Positions 30,091-41,214 of a stretch of DNA of 64,000 nt are shown here, in pieces. Every line of letters starts with the position of its first letter. Positions within the stretch are counted from its first letter, which is position 1. A program made the position numbers and the translations under genes. This stretch comes from an uncultured Actinomycetota bacterium (GTDB lineage: Bacteria > Actinomycetota > Humimicrobiia > Humimicrobiales > Humimicrobiaceae). The DNA is taken from assembly GCA_964556165.1 (NCBI GenBank), contig CAZKVH010000004.1:13075-77074 (forward strand), in the 5' to 3' direction. The notes beneath the pieces are model-generated. The model was not told the DNA's origin, ran no database searches, and saw only the letters and a list, made by a program, of their open reading frames with translations.

Positions 30091-31317
30091 TTGAATATTT
30101 ATGAAGAAGCGCTGGAGATGCATAAAAGGAATGCGGGTAAGATTGACATAGTTAGCAAGGTAAAAACAGAAAATGAACACGACCTTTCACTTGCCTATTC
30201 TCCGGGTGTTGCAGAACCATGCAGAATTATTTCAAAAAATCCCCGGTATTTAAATACTTATACAGCAAGAGGCAACATGATAGCGGTGGTAAGTGACGGG
30301 TCTGCAGTTCTGGGGCTTGGTAATATCGGGGCAAGGGCAGCGCTTCCGGTTATGGAAGGTAAGTGTGTTCTTTTTAAACAATTTGGTGGAGTATCAGCTT
30401 TTCCTCTATGCATAGATAGTCAGGATAATGAGGTGATAGTTAATACTGTAAAAATGCTTGAACCATCATTTTCGGGAATAAACCTGGAGGATATTGCGGC
30501 TCCAAGATGTTTTGAAATAGAAGAAAGATTAAAGAAAGAAACGGGGATGCTTATCTTTCATGATGACCAGCATGGAACAGCTATTGTAACAATGGCCGGA
30601 TTATTTAATGCTCTGAAAGTATATAATAAAAATATAAAAGAGGTAAAGATAGTTATAAATGGAGCAGGAGCGGCGGGTACATCTATTACTGACTTGCTGA
30701 ACTATGTAGGTGTTATTAATATAATTGTATGTGATAGAAATGGAATAATATATAGAGGAAGAGGAGACTTAAACAACGCCAAGGAAAAAATAGCAGAATA
30801 TACAAATCCGGACAATATCAGAGGGGGTCTCCTGGACGCAGTGGAGGATGCCGATATATTTATTGGGGTATCGACAGCAGATATTCTCTCTAAAGAAATG
30901 ATAAAAAGAATGACAAAAAGCCCTGTCATATTTGCTCTCGCTAATCCCGAGCCAGAGATAAAACCCGAAATTGCAGTTAGGTGCGGGGTAAAGATTATTG
31001 CTACGGGAAGAAGTGATTACCCCAATCAGATAAATAATGTACTGGCATTCCCCGGAGTGTTTAGAGGCGCTCTTGATTCAGGGGCTCTTGAGATAAATAA
31101 AGAAATGAAAATAGCTGCGGCAGAAGCTATCGCAAAAATAGTTGAGAATGACCTGAGAGAAGATTATATTATACCAAAACCTTTTGATAAAAGAGTTCTT
31201 CCTTCTGTTGCTGTAAGTGTCGCAAGAGCTGCAGCAGAGACCGGAATAACATGCGGCAAAGTTAATCTTGACCTTATAAGAAAAAAAGCAGAAAAGATTA
31301 CAGGAAGAATTAGCTGA
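30091..31317 (+). CDS. NAD(P)-dependent malic enzyme (short YtsJ-type)
   Basis: 408 aa. It has malic-enzyme N-terminal and NAD-binding domains (GAGAAG Rossmann). TTG start. Confidence 0.8.
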   Translation: MNIYEEALEMHKRNAGKIDIVSKVKTENEHDLSLAYSPGVAEPCRIISKNPRYLNTYTARGNMIAVVSDGSAVLGLGNIGARAALPVMEGKCVLFKQFGGVSAFPLCIDSQDNEVIVNTVKMLEPSFSGINLEDIAAPRCFEIEERLKKETGMLIFHDDQHGTAIVTMAGLFNALKVYNKNIKEVKIVINGAGAAGTSITDLLNYVGVINIIVCDRNGIIYRGRGDLNNAKEKIAEYTNPDNIRGGLLDAVEDADIFIGVSTADILSKEMIKRMTKSPVIFALANPEPEIKPEIAVRCGVKIIATGRSDYPNQINNVLAFPGVFRGALDSGALEINKEMKIAAAEAIAKIVENDLREDYIIPKPFDKRVLPSVAVSVARAAAETGITCGKVNLDLIRKKAEKITGRIS

Positions 31318-31458
31318 AAATTAATTTGCATTAAAACCCCTATTTTGTAAGATTTTCATCAAATTTATTAATTATAAAAAAACATTATAAATTATGTTGA
31401 CAAATTAAGTTTATCAATATAGTATATAAACTAAGTTAATAACATTTGATGCATATTA

Positions 31459-32667
31459 ATGAAACTCAGAAAACCCAAGCATATAAGAAAAATAAATACG
31501 GCATCTGTCCTTAGTATAATAAGGGAAAGCCCACTCGTAACAAAGTCAGATATTGCAAAAAAAATTAACATTTCCCAGCAAACCATCAATAAAATAGTGA
31601 AGGAACTAATGTCCAGAAAACTAGTTATAGAAGATGGATTAAGGGAATCAACAGAGGAAGGCGGAAAAAGGCCGGTACAGTTAAAGTTTAATGAAAACGC
31701 AGGCTATATAGTCGGCGCTATGATGGGACCTAAAAAAATAAAGACAATACTCACCAATTACAATAACAATATAATGATAGAAAAGGATGTCAAGAATGAC
31801 CTCCGGGCAAGCTCTGAAGCAACCATTTCAAAAATGATAAGAATGTTTGAAGAGATGATTGATAAAACTGGTATAGATAAAAGTATGGTTCTTGGTATCG
31901 GGATAGGTGTCCCGGGAATAGTTGATGAAAAAAATGGTATTATTCGTTTACTCCCATATATGCCTCACTGGAAGGATATAAGAATTGCAGAAATCGTAGA
32001 AGATAAAATGGGGATAAGTGTCCTTGTATGTAATGAGAACAGGGTGCGTTGCTACGGGGAAAAAATGTTCGGTATGGCAAAGGAATTTAGCGATTTTGCG
32101 GTCATTCTAACAGGATATGGTATAGGCGGTGGGTTCTCTATAGATGGCAAATGCGTAACAGGTGAGCATCTTTTCGCGGGTGAATTTGGACACATGAAAT
32201 TAAGTGCCGATGGTCCTAAATGTGTCTGTGGAAATAATGGTTGTCTGAATGCACTTATAAACACCGAAAGGATTAATGAACTGATAAAAGAAAATATGGG
32301 CGCAGCTGATTATAAGAGTTCGATTCTTGTTAAAAAATTTAAAGAAAGTAATTTAAAAATTGACTCAAAAAAATTATTTGAGTGCTTCTATAATGGTGAT
32401 AATCTTGCCAAAAAAATTATTGACGAAATATCATACTGGCTGGGGATAGCAATATCTATAATTGTTGCAGTTATAGACCCCGAACTAATAATAATAAGTG
32501 GAGAATACACAGCAGGTGGAGATTACCTGATAGAGAAAGTAAAGGAAATCGCTGAAAAAAATATTTTACCTTCTGTTAAGAAGAGCATTAATATCAAATA
32601 TTCTCAGTTAGGGAAAAAAGCAGGTCTGGTTGGTGTAGTTGGAATGGTTCTGGACCAATTGTTATGA
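31459..32667 (+). CDS. ROK-family transcriptional regulator (NagC/XylR type)
   Basis: The N-terminus is a winged HTH. The ROK sugar-kinase-like domain carries the Zn motif CVCGNNGCLN. It lies upstream of a sugar ABC operon. Confidence 0.8.
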   Translation: MKLRKPKHIRKINTASVLSIIRESPLVTKSDIAKKINISQQTINKIVKELMSRKLVIEDGLRESTEEGGKRPVQLKFNENAGYIVGAMMGPKKIKTILTNYNNNIMIEKDVKNDLRASSEATISKMIRMFEEMIDKTGIDKSMVLGIGIGVPGIVDEKNGIIRLLPYMPHWKDIRIAEIVEDKMGISVLVCNENRVRCYGEKMFGMAKEFSDFAVILTGYGIGGGFSIDGKCVTGEHLFAGEFGHMKLSADGPKCVCGNNGCLNALINTERINELIKENMGAADYKSSILVKKFKESNLKIDSKKLFECFYNGDNLAKKIIDEISYWLGIAISIIVAVIDPELIIISGEYTAGGDYLIEKVKEIAEKNILPSVKKSINIKYSQLGKKAGLVGVVGMVLDQLL

Positions 32668-32805
32668 AAGATTATTTTGAATGAAAGTGCATGTTGTTAA
32701 AATTAGATATGCTAGAGGTAGTGAATATTAAAGAAAATGTTTTTAAATGGGATTTAAAGTATTAAAAGGTTTTTGAAAGATATGGAGAGAGGAAGGAATA
32801 AATAA

Positions 32806-34287
32806 TTGTTGCTGGAAGTAGAGGATGTTGTAAAAACTTTCCCCGGTACAGTAGCACTGGACGGTGTTAATTTTAGCCTGAAAAAAGGAGAAATACATGC
32901 GATTGTAGGTGAAAATGGAGCTGGCAAATCAACACTTATGAAGATTCTATCGGGAGCCTACATAAAGGACTCTGGAAAAATAATTATTGATGGCCAAGAG
33001 ACAGAAATAGGAAACTTTGATGCTGCCAGAGCTCTAGGAATAAGTATGATTTACCAGGAGCTGGAAAATATTCGGAAGCTTACAGTTGCAGAGAATATTT
33101 TTCTTGGGAAATTACCGAGGGCAAGGATTCCAATTTTTGTTGATTTCAAAAAACTTGTCAGCGAAACAAGAAAGATACTTAAAGAATTTGATGTTGACGT
33201 AGACCCCAGAAGAAAGCTTTCTACACTAACTACGGCAGAACAGCAGTTTATAGAAATAATTAAATCTATAACTACTAAAAATGCCAGGATTATAATTATG
33301 GACGAGCCTACGTCATCTCTTACCGAGAAAGAGGTGGGAAAATTATTCTCAATAATAAAAGAGCTTAAAAGACAGGGAGTTAGTGTAATTTACATTTCGC
33401 ACAGGCTTGATGAAGTTGTAGGCATTGCTGACAGGGTGAGTGTATTTCGTGATGGCAAAAATCGTGGAGTGATAGAAAAAGGTGAATTTGATACCAATAA
33501 AATCGTGTCATTGATGATAGGGCATGAATTAAAAACTACCGGTAAGAGTGTTATTAAAAATGAAGATGTGATTTTCGAAGTTAAAAAACTATCGATAAGA
33601 AATAAAATTATTGATTTTAACATGAAGTTATTAAAAGGGGAAATCCTCGGGATAGCAGGATTGATGGGGTCAGGTAAGGATGAGCTGGTAAAAAGTATAG
33701 TTGGGCTGTGGCCCTCACAGTCAAAAGAAATTTATTTCCTTGGAAACAAAATAAAAATTAAACATCCCGCAGATGCAATAAAATACGGGATTATATATCT
33801 TCCAGAAGAGAGGAAATTGCAGTCTCTCTTTCTGGATATGAGTGTAAGCAATAATATATCTCCATTGTGGTTGTTTAATGTTGAAAAAAAATTCTTTTTA
33901 AATAGCAATAAAGAAACAGAACTGGCGAATATATATATTAGAAGATTGTCCATAAAAACACCTTCGGTTTCAACAATAGCCGTTGACCTTAGTGGGGGCA
34001 ATCAGCAGAAAGTTATTTTTTCCCGTATGTTAACGATTAAACCGAAATTAATGATTTTAAATGATCCTACAAGAGGTATAGATGTAGGCAGCAAGGAAGA
34101 AATCTACAGGATAATTAAAGAGCTCGCTTCTAACGGGACATCGATACTTGTTCTGTCTTCAGAAATTCCGGAGATAACAAAATTAGCAAATAGTGTAATT
34201 GTGTTATCAAAAGGTGAAATACGCGGTGAGTTTTCGGGTGATGATGTTACAACAAAAAATATTGTCAGGGCGGTAACGAGGGCATAG
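32806..34287 (+). CDS. sugar ABC transporter ATP-binding protein (duplicated ABC domains, CUT2 family)
   Basis: 493 aa with two Walker A / signature (LSGGNQQK) / Walker B sets. TTG start. Confidence 0.85.
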   Translation: MLLEVEDVVKTFPGTVALDGVNFSLKKGEIHAIVGENGAGKSTLMKILSGAYIKDSGKIIIDGQETEIGNFDAARALGISMIYQELENIRKLTVAENIFLGKLPRARIPIFVDFKKLVSETRKILKEFDVDVDPRRKLSTLTTAEQQFIEIIKSITTKNARIIIMDEPTSSLTEKEVGKLFSIIKELKRQGVSVIYISHRLDEVVGIADRVSVFRDGKNRGVIEKGEFDTNKIVSLMIGHELKTTGKSVIKNEDVIFEVKKLSIRNKIIDFNMKLLKGEILGIAGLMGSGKDELVKSIVGLWPSQSKEIYFLGNKIKIKHPADAIKYGIIYLPEERKLQSLFLDMSVSNNISPLWLFNVEKKFFLNSNKETELANIYIRRLSIKTPSVSTIAVDLSGGNQQKVIFSRMLTIKPKLMILNDPTRGIDVGSKEEIYRIIKELASNGTSILVLSSEIPEITKLANSVIVLSKGEIRGEFSGDDVTTKNIVRAVTRA

Positions 34288-35238
34288 ATGGAAAAGAAAG
34301 ATAATAAATTAGTAAATATATTAAGAAACCAATCGCAGTTGATAATATTAATTTTGCTTGTAATTGTGTTTTCCGTAACAACTCCAAGCTTTCGTACGAC
34401 TGGTAATTTCTTAAATTTACTAAAACAGGTAACAGTAATAGGGGTTATAAGCTGCGGAATGACCCTTGTTGTAATAAGCGGATGTCTTGACCTTTCTGTT
34501 GGGTCCGTTTTTTCTTTATTGAATCTTGTCTCTATCTCCTTGCAAATTAATAATAATTTTCTGGGAGTTATTATGCCGCTTGTGATAGCTGTTTTTATAG
34601 GTTTTTTTAACGGGTTTATTGTCACGAAATTTAAGGTTAATTCTATTATTGTTACCCTGGGTTCTCTTTCATTATTTTCAGGTTTAGCTCAACTGGTTAC
34701 GAATGGAGCCATAATATCCGGTGTAACAGGTACCTGGTATGGATTTATTGGTCGTGAGAAGTTATTAGGTATCCCGGTGCATGTGTATGTATTCTTTATA
34801 GTTGCTATTATATCTCAGGTTTTGCTGAGCAATACGGCTTTCGGTAGAAAAATAAAATATGTCGGAACCAATGATTCTGCTGCAGAAATTGCCGGCATAA
34901 AATCTGGAAGAGTAAGAACTATAGCATTTATAATATCCAGTCTTTTTGTGGCCATAGCAGCATTAATTTATAGTTCGAGGATGACGACTGCAAGCCCCGT
35001 TGCTGGAGCTGGTTATGAATTTGATGCGATAACAGCTGTAGTTATTGGAGGGACAAGTCTGGCCGGTGGAAAAGGTAGTATATTCAAGACAATTATTGGA
35101 GTCTTATTGTTAGCGTTAATAGTTAATATTCTAACTTTATATAATGTTATGTATTCTTTTCAGAATATTGTTAAAGGTATCTTAATAATAATTGCAATAA
35201 TTATTGATATAAGGGTCAGGAGAAGAATTGAAGCTTGA
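34288..35238 (+). CDS. sugar ABC transporter permease (RbsC/AraH family)
   Basis: 316 aa polytopic membrane protein. Its start coincides with the stop of the upstream ATPase gene, consistent with translational coupling. Confidence 0.8.
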   Translation: MEKKDNKLVNILRNQSQLIILILLVIVFSVTTPSFRTTGNFLNLLKQVTVIGVISCGMTLVVISGCLDLSVGSVFSLLNLVSISLQINNNFLGVIMPLVIAVFIGFFNGFIVTKFKVNSIIVTLGSLSLFSGLAQLVTNGAIISGVTGTWYGFIGREKLLGIPVHVYVFFIVAIISQVLLSNTAFGRKIKYVGTNDSAAEIAGIKSGRVRTIAFIISSLFVAIAALIYSSRMTTASPVAGAGYEFDAITAVVIGGTSLAGGKGSIFKTIIGVLLLALIVNILTLYNVMYSFQNIVKGILIIIAIIIDIRVRRRIEA

Positions 35239-36172
35239 GAAAATTAGAAATTTTATAAACGAACAAAAAATATTGCTAATAATACTGGTGCTGGGAGTTT
35301 TTTTAGCATTTGATTCGGATTATTTTCTAACTTTTACGAATATAGTAAATATTTTTCATACCATATCATATGAGGGAATGATAGTAATTGGTATGGCTCT
35401 TTTAATTATTGTTGGTGAAATAGATCTTTCCGTAGGTTCTGTTATGGCATTCGGGGCAGCTCTTTCAATTATATTTCAGCCTTATGGGATTCTTACTGCA
35501 ATAATTGCCGGGATTGCAGGTGGCATTACAATTGGATTAATTAATGGCCTGATAACGACCAAGCTTAAATTACCCTCAATTGCTGTCACACTTGGCACAA
35601 TGGTGTTTGTTAGCGGTGTGGTTTTTGCGATTACAAAGGAGCATACGCTAAAAGGTGCGAATGAGAATTTTGTGTTGATTACCCAGACGGAACTCTTCCG
35701 AATACCTATGCCGGTAATTGTTTTTATAATTATGATAATTATATTTGAGATTATTTTACAGAGGACAATTATCGGAAGGCATATTTTTGCTGTAGGAGGT
35801 AATGCGATAGCAAGCAAATTTTTTGGAATTAAAGTGGATTCAGTAAGGATATTTTGCTTTATGATAACCGGTTTCCTGGCAGGTCTGGCAGGTGTGATGC
35901 TTGCAGGAAAACTAAATGTAGCGTCGGGTAGAATTGGTGAAGACAGCGCTGTTTTTGTTATTACCGCTGTTTTACTTGGAGGAATAAGTATGGAAGGAGG
36001 AGAAGGGAGTATTTCCAAGGCATTTCAGGGTATTCTACTTCTGGGCGTAATCAATAACGCAATGGTTATTTTAAAGATATCCTCTTTTATACAGGAGATG
36101 ATAAGAGGACTTTTACTAATCTTGATAGTTGTAATTGATGCAATTAGTGTGGAGAAGAAGAAATATTTGTAG
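35228..36172 (+). CDS. sugar ABC transporter permease (second subunit of a heterodimeric pair)
   Basis: 314 aa. It is a paralogue of the preceding permease and overlaps its end by 11 nt. An ATPase with two permeases and one SBP resembles the E. coli YtfQRT-YjfF-type layout. Confidence 0.8.
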   Translation: MKLEKIRNFINEQKILLIILVLGVFLAFDSDYFLTFTNIVNIFHTISYEGMIVIGMALLIIVGEIDLSVGSVMAFGAALSIIFQPYGILTAIIAGIAGGITIGLINGLITTKLKLPSIAVTLGTMVFVSGVVFAITKEHTLKGANENFVLITQTELFRIPMPVIVFIIMIIIFEIILQRTIIGRHIFAVGGNAIASKFFGIKVDSVRIFCFMITGFLAGLAGVMLAGKLNVASGRIGEDSAVFVITAVLLGGISMEGGEGSISKAFQGILLLGVINNAMVILKISSFIQEMIRGLLLILIVVIDAISVEKKKYL

Positions 36173-36374
36173 TTTGCTTGGGCTAAAGATAATTATAAAG
36201 GTATTTAAAATGGGTTATTTAAAAAAATGGTATGGTTAATTAATAAATATTTTATCAACTTTATAACTTTTTATAGAAGGAGGTGATTGAGTAAAATTTG
36301 CAGGTTTATTTGAGAGGGTTACCTTTTCAAAAAAACTCTTATATCATTCTAAACAAGAAAGGAGGGAAATATAA

Positions 36375-37424
36375 ATGAAAAGATTATCATTTTTGGTAGT
36401 AGCATTATTGGTAGTAATTTCGATGATATCAGTATTTATATTTTCTGGATGTGAAGCAGAAGAAGCTGCAGAAGAAGCTGCAGAAGAAGTAGCAGAAGAA
36501 GTTGAAGAAGAAGCTGAAGAGGAAGCTCCTGCTGAAGAAGGAGAAAAGACTGTTGTATTGCTGAATATCGGAATGCAGTCTCCGTATCCACCTCTATATC
36601 AGGAAAATTTAGAGATGAGGCTGGGAGAGGCTGGAATAGAAATGTTCTCCTTTGATGGAGAATTCGATGCACAGTTGCAGTCAAGCCAGATGGATGACGC
36701 AATTGCCATGGATCCTGACGCAATAGTTCTTTTCCCAGTAGATTCACAGGCTCTTGCTACAGGAATCAAGAAAGCACATGACGCAGGGATAGTTGTGATC
36801 ATGGGTAATGGTGCACCAGTAGAAGAGTCAGTGCCATATACAGCTTTATACTTTGGTCCTAATAATGTTGAAGAAGGTAAAGTTGCTGGAGGAGCTGCAA
36901 ATGAAATACTGGCTGATGGTGGCAACGTAGTTATAGTTGAGGGAGCTACCGGTCAGGACGCATCAATAGGAAGGACAGACGGATTTAAGGAAGTTTTGAA
37001 TGATGGTATAGAAGTCCTTGCAGCACAGCCAGCAGACTGGGTAAAAGATGAAGCTGTTCGTGTTATGTCTGACTTTATTACAAGATATGGTGATGATATT
37101 GACTTAATATGGTCACACAGTGATGATATGGGCGCAGGTGTTGGAATTGCACTGGAGGAAGCTGGTTATGAACCCGGTGAAATTCCATCAGTATCCCTGG
37201 GTGGAAGTAAAGCAGGAATGGAATCTATCTCAGGTGGATGGATTACACATCTGATCATCCAGTCACCTATCGATGAAACTGACCAGTTAGCACCGTTCGT
37301 TATAAAGATAGTTGAAGAAGGATGGGAAGCTGGACAGCAATGGGATCCTTACTGGAATTTTATGGAAACACCAGTTGTTGATTATGAATCTGGATCCTAT
37401 GAAGCATACCTGCCTGGTTTCTAG
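36375..37424 (+). CDS. sugar ABC transporter substrate-binding lipoprotein with an acidic EEAAEE linker
   Basis: Signal peptide plus lipobox (FSGC). A low-complexity acidic tether precedes a periplasmic-binding-protein type I fold. Confidence 0.8.
   Translation: MKRLSFLVVALLVVISMISVFIFSGCEAEEAAEEAAEEVAEEVEEEAEEEAPAEEGEKTVVLLNIGMQSPYPPLYQENLEMRLGEAGIEMFSFDGEFDAQLQSSQMDDAIAMDPDAIVLFPVDSQALATGIKKAHDAGIVVIMGNGAPVEESVPYTALYFGPNNVEEGKVAGGAANEILADGGNVVIVEGATGQDASIGRTDGFKEVLNDGIEVLAAQPADWVKDEAVRVMSDFITRYGDDIDLIWSHSDDMGAGVGIALEEAGYEPGEIPSVSLGGSKAGMESISGGWITHLIIQSPIDETDQLAPFVIKIVEEGWEAGQQWDPYWNFMETPVVDYESGSYEAYLPGF
36453..36540 (+). repeat. GAAGAAGCTGCA-type low-complexity coding repeat
   Basis: Tandem degenerate 12-nt units seen directly in the sequence. 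Confidence 0.6.
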
Positions 37425-37440
37425 TAGAAAACCGGGACTG

Positions 37441-37470
37441 AAGAGGGGTATTTTTAAATACCCCTCTTCT
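37441..37470 (+). terminator. intrinsic-terminator-like hairpin after the SBP gene
   Basis: Perfect 10-bp stem AAGAGGGGTA / TACCCCTCTT with an 8-nt loop, 16 nt after the stop codon. The downstream T-run is weak. Confidence 0.45.
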
Positions 37471-37668
37471 ACTGCTGAGAGTTGGAAGATTATTTAATTA
37501 TAATAAAAAATTTATAAAAAATCATTTTTATATTATTAATTTAAATAATTTTAAAATATTTATTATATGTTTATTAAGATTAGATTTTAAGTAATTAACA
37601 AATATAATGAATGGTCAGTTGAAAATTAAATGATGTTTTATAAATCCAGACAGGTTTTTATTATATAA

Positions 37669-38856
37669 GTGAAGGAAGGAAATATGATGAATAAATTAAA
37701 AATAGGACTTGTTGGATGTGGGAATATTTCTGATGTATATTTTCAGAATTCAAAAAAGTGGGAAGTTATGGAAATTGTTGCCTGCGCAGACAGAATCAGT
37801 GAGCGTGCCGAAGAAAAGGCAAAGAAATATAATATTGCAAAAGCCTGTAGCGTAAAGGAGATAATGGAAGACTCCAATATAGATGTAGTTCTTAATCTCA
37901 CCAATCCTCAGGCACATGCAGAGGTATGTCTTTCTGCATTGAGAGCAGGCAAACATGCATATACCGAGAAACCTCTGGCTATTGACCTTAATGATGGAAA
38001 AGAAATGGTAAGTCTTGCCAAAAGCAAGGGGTTGTTTATTGGTTCTGCTCCTGATACTTTTTTGGGTGGTAGATTACAGACAGCAAGAAAGCTTATAGAC
38101 GAAGGATGGATCGGAGAGCCTATTTCTGCTGTTGCATTCTGCGCTTTCCATGGCCATGAAGTCTGGCACCCGGATCCCGGATTTTTCTACAAAGAGGGCG
38201 CAGGACCGATGCTTGATATGGGAGTTTATTACATGACCGCACTTATTTCTTTACTCGGACCTGTAAAGAGGGTTCTTGGTAGCACCAAAAGATACTTCGA
38301 TAAAAGAATCATAACCAGCCAGCCAAAGTACGGAGAAGAGATTGATGTCGATATTGATACACATATTACAGGTGTAATGGAATTTAAGAATAATGTTACT
38401 GCAACTATTATGATGAGCTTTGATGTCTGGGACCCAACTTTACCGAGGATAGAGATATACGGAAGAGAAGGCACCTTATATATGAATGACGACGACCCCT
38501 ATGGAGGACCAAATATATTTGGTGGAAGTGTGAAGATAAGAAGAGGAAAGAATTCAGACTGGCTTGAATATCCGAGTAAATGCCCGAGAAGAGACCAGAT
38601 GAGCCCTCTGGAAGATATACCTTTATTGTATGATTATAGCGAAAACAGCCGTGGCGTTGGACTCGCTGATATGGTTTATGCAATTAATTCAGGGAGAAAG
38701 CACCGTGCAAACGGGGAGATGGCTTACCATGTTCTGGAAACAATGTTTGGTTTCTTCAAATCGTCAAAGGAAGGTAAGTATTGTGATATGGAGAGTACAT
38801 GTGAAAGACCTATGCCGCTAAAGATGGGTCTTCCTGAATTTGTCCTGGATGAGTAA
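37669..38856 (+). CDS. Gfo/Idh/MocA-family NAD(P)-dependent oxidoreductase
   Basis: N-terminal Rossmann motif (IGLVGCGNIS) with a C-terminal alpha/beta domain, 395 aa. Confidence 0.8.
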   Translation: MKEGNMMNKLKIGLVGCGNISDVYFQNSKKWEVMEIVACADRISERAEEKAKKYNIAKACSVKEIMEDSNIDVVLNLTNPQAHAEVCLSALRAGKHAYTEKPLAIDLNDGKEMVSLAKSKGLFIGSAPDTFLGGRLQTARKLIDEGWIGEPISAVAFCAFHGHEVWHPDPGFFYKEGAGPMLDMGVYYMTALISLLGPVKRVLGSTKRYFDKRIITSQPKYGEEIDVDIDTHITGVMEFKNNVTATIMMSFDVWDPTLPRIEIYGREGTLYMNDDDPYGGPNIFGGSVKIRRGKNSDWLEYPSKCPRRDQMSPLEDIPLLYDYSENSRGVGLADMVYAINSGRKHRANGEMAYHVLETMFGFFKSSKEGKYCDMESTCERPMPLKMGLPEFVLDE

Positions 38857-38910
38857 CAATAAGTATTGGTATCAATGTTAATTTAAGTTACACGAAAGAA
38901 AGGGATATAA

Positions 38911-39672
38911 ATGAAAAGAAAAGCTTTGATTGTTTATGGTGGCTGGGATGGTCACGAGCCGGAAAAAGTTGCCAATGTTTTTAAAAAGATTCTTGAAGAT
39001 AGTGATTTTGAGGTGGAATTGTCCGATACGCTTGATGTTTATGGTGATAGAGAAAAGCTTTATGGCCTGAATTTAATTGTTCCGCACTGGACAATGGGAG
39101 AATTAACCGTTGAACAATTGAATTCGGTGCTGGGAGCAGTTGCCGGTGGAGTTGGAATTGCGGGTTGTCATGCTGGTCTAGGCGATGGTTTCAGAAGTAG
39201 CCCTGACTGGCAATTTATGGCAGGAGGCCAGCTTGTGGCACATGTGGGTGCTGCAGGAATTGATGGGAACGGAATTGAATATGTAGTAAAGATAAAAGAT
39301 AAGAATAATCCGATAATGTCCGGGATAGATGATTTTAAAGTTTATGATGAGCAGTATTATCTACAGGTAGACCCTTCAGTTAAGATACTGGCTACGACGA
39401 TGGTTCCCCCGGTTGAGGGAACATTTAAGTTTGAAGGAAAAGCAGAGATGAACTTTGATTTTGGTTTTGGAAACTGGAACTTTCAGGAAAGCGCTGCTCT
39501 TAAAGGACCGCATGCTAACAATGGACCAGTTGAAATTCCTGTAGTATGGACAAAGTACTGGGGCAACGGCCGTGTATTTTATAATTCACTTGGCCATGAT
39601 GAAAAAAGAACATTGTCTGAACCTTCTCTAACCATTACGAAGAGGGGGTTTTTATGGGCTGCAAAGGAGTAG
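38911..39672 (+). CDS. ThuA-like (trehalose-utilisation / class-I glutamine-amidotransferase-like) protein
   Basis: N-terminus ALIVYGGWDGHEP, characteristic of the ThuA family. 253 aa. Confidence 0.7.
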   Translation: MKRKALIVYGGWDGHEPEKVANVFKKILEDSDFEVELSDTLDVYGDREKLYGLNLIVPHWTMGELTVEQLNSVLGAVAGGVGIAGCHAGLGDGFRSSPDWQFMAGGQLVAHVGAAGIDGNGIEYVVKIKDKNNPIMSGIDDFKVYDEQYYLQVDPSVKILATTMVPPVEGTFKFEGKAEMNFDFGFGNWNFQESAALKGPHANNGPVEIPVVWTKYWGNGRVFYNSLGHDEKRTLSEPSLTITKRGFLWAAKE

Positions 39673-39978
39673 AATAAAAAAAATACGATAAAATGCGGTG
39701 TAAGTATAGATAAACTGTTAACGTAAGGGTATAAAGGTAGATTTATATAAAAAATTTATTAAATTGGCTCTGGTGTTATTGTTTTATGTATTGCAATAAA
39801 TAATAATTGATACATGATGTAAGCGATTTAAAATCAGTAGCAGTGATCATAGGGTAGTAGTTCTTTGATAGAAAAAATAGAATTTTAAAATTAATGGTTT
39901 TAAATAATTTTATATTGTACGATTAATTATAAATATTTAATGATAGTTATCGGATAATAATTATTTATATAAAAAGGA

Positions 39979-41166
39979 GTGGTTTTTATGTCAATAAAAC
40001 CAGGTAACAATACTTCATTAATTAGTGGGCTTAAATATGGCATGGTAGGTGGTGGTCCGGGTTCTTTTATAGGAGATGTTCACAGGAGGGCAATTGCGCT
40101 TGATGGAAAAGTTAAAATCGTAGCAGGGGCTTTCTCTTCTTCCAGGGATAAGGCTGTTGAGACAGGCGATAAACTTGGGATTGATAAAGATAGAGTTTAC
40201 TCTAGCTATCAGGAAATGGCTGAAGAGGAAGCTAATCGAGCAGGCGGGATAGATTTTGTAGTGATTGTTACGCCTAATTTCCTGCATTATGAGATAGCAA
40301 AGAAATTTCTTGAACACGGAATAAGCGTAGTATGCGAAAAACCATTGACAACAAATATTGATCAGGCTTTAGAACTCAAGGAGCTTGCTAAAGCTAATAA
40401 TTGTCTTTTTGCAGTGACATATACTTATACCGGGCATGTTATGGCAAAGGAAGCGAGAGCAATAGTTCAGAGGGGAGATATCGGAGATATAAGAGTAATC
40501 ATGGGAGAATATCCTCAGGACTGGTTAATTGATACTGTAGAAAAGGAAGGAAACAAGCAGGCAGAATGGAGAACTGATCCCGGGCGAACCGGAATGTCCA
40601 ATTGCGTTGGTGATATCGGAAGCCACATAGAAAATATGGTGAGTTTTATAACAGGACTTAAAATAAAGAAGCTGATTGCAAATCTTGACATATTTAGTCC
40701 GGAGAGAAAGCTGGATGTCAATGCCGAAATATTATTGAAATATAATAACGGTGCAAGTGGGTGCTACTGGTGTTCTCAGGTAGCTATAGGTTATGACAAT
40801 GCTCTAAAGGTTCGTATATTTGGTACAAAAGGTTCTATAGAATTCGTGCAGGAGAACTGTAATTACCTAAAGGTTGTAAAGAAAGGACAGCCGCCACAGA
40901 TTTATTCAAGAGGTTCCGGATATATTTCTCCTGAGGCAGCAGCATATTCCAGAATTCCGGCAGGACATCCTGAAGGTTATTTTGAGGCTTTTGCAAATAT
41001 TTACTCAGCATTTTCAGAAGCTATGATAAGGAAGATTTCAGGCGAAGAGGTAGATGAGTCAGGGGCAGGCTATCCAACGATTGATATGGGTATTGATGGA
41101 GTGAAATTTATAACAAGAAGTGTTGAGAGTATGAACAAAGGAAGTATATGGGTTGATATGGAGTAG
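39979..41166 (+). CDS. Gfo/Idh/MocA-family oxidoreductase (second copy)
   Basis: N-terminal YGMVGGGPGSFIGDVHRRA Rossmann region, 395 aa. Distinct from the first copy. Confidence 0.8.
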   Translation: MVFMSIKPGNNTSLISGLKYGMVGGGPGSFIGDVHRRAIALDGKVKIVAGAFSSSRDKAVETGDKLGIDKDRVYSSYQEMAEEEANRAGGIDFVVIVTPNFLHYEIAKKFLEHGISVVCEKPLTTNIDQALELKELAKANNCLFAVTYTYTGHVMAKEARAIVQRGDIGDIRVIMGEYPQDWLIDTVEKEGNKQAEWRTDPGRTGMSNCVGDIGSHIENMVSFITGLKIKKLIANLDIFSPERKLDVNAEILLKYNNGASGCYWCSQVAIGYDNALKVRIFGTKGSIEFVQENCNYLKVVKKGQPPQIYSRGSGYISPEAAAYSRIPAGHPEGYFEAFANIYSAFSEAMIRKISGEEVDESGAGYPTIDMGIDGVKFITRSVESMNKGSIWVDME

Positions 41167-41214
41167 TCCATATTTTATAACTAAAATATAATTATTTTAA
41201 GGGGTGATTAAATA

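Noticed and set aside
29956-30180. 74-aa very hydrophobic ORF on the minus strand overlapping the malic-enzyme start
   Set aside because: It overlaps the start of a confident gene, has no RBS and has Phe/Ile/Leu-rich composition expected from AT-rich DNA. It is probably spurious, although a tiny membrane peptide cannot be fully excluded.
36436-36747. Antisense ORF encoding LLLQLLLLLLLQLLL. A similar antisense ORF lies at 46609..46962.
   Set aside because: These are produced by reading the GAAGAAGCTGCA acidic-linker repeat of the SBP genes on the opposite strand. They are not independent genes.
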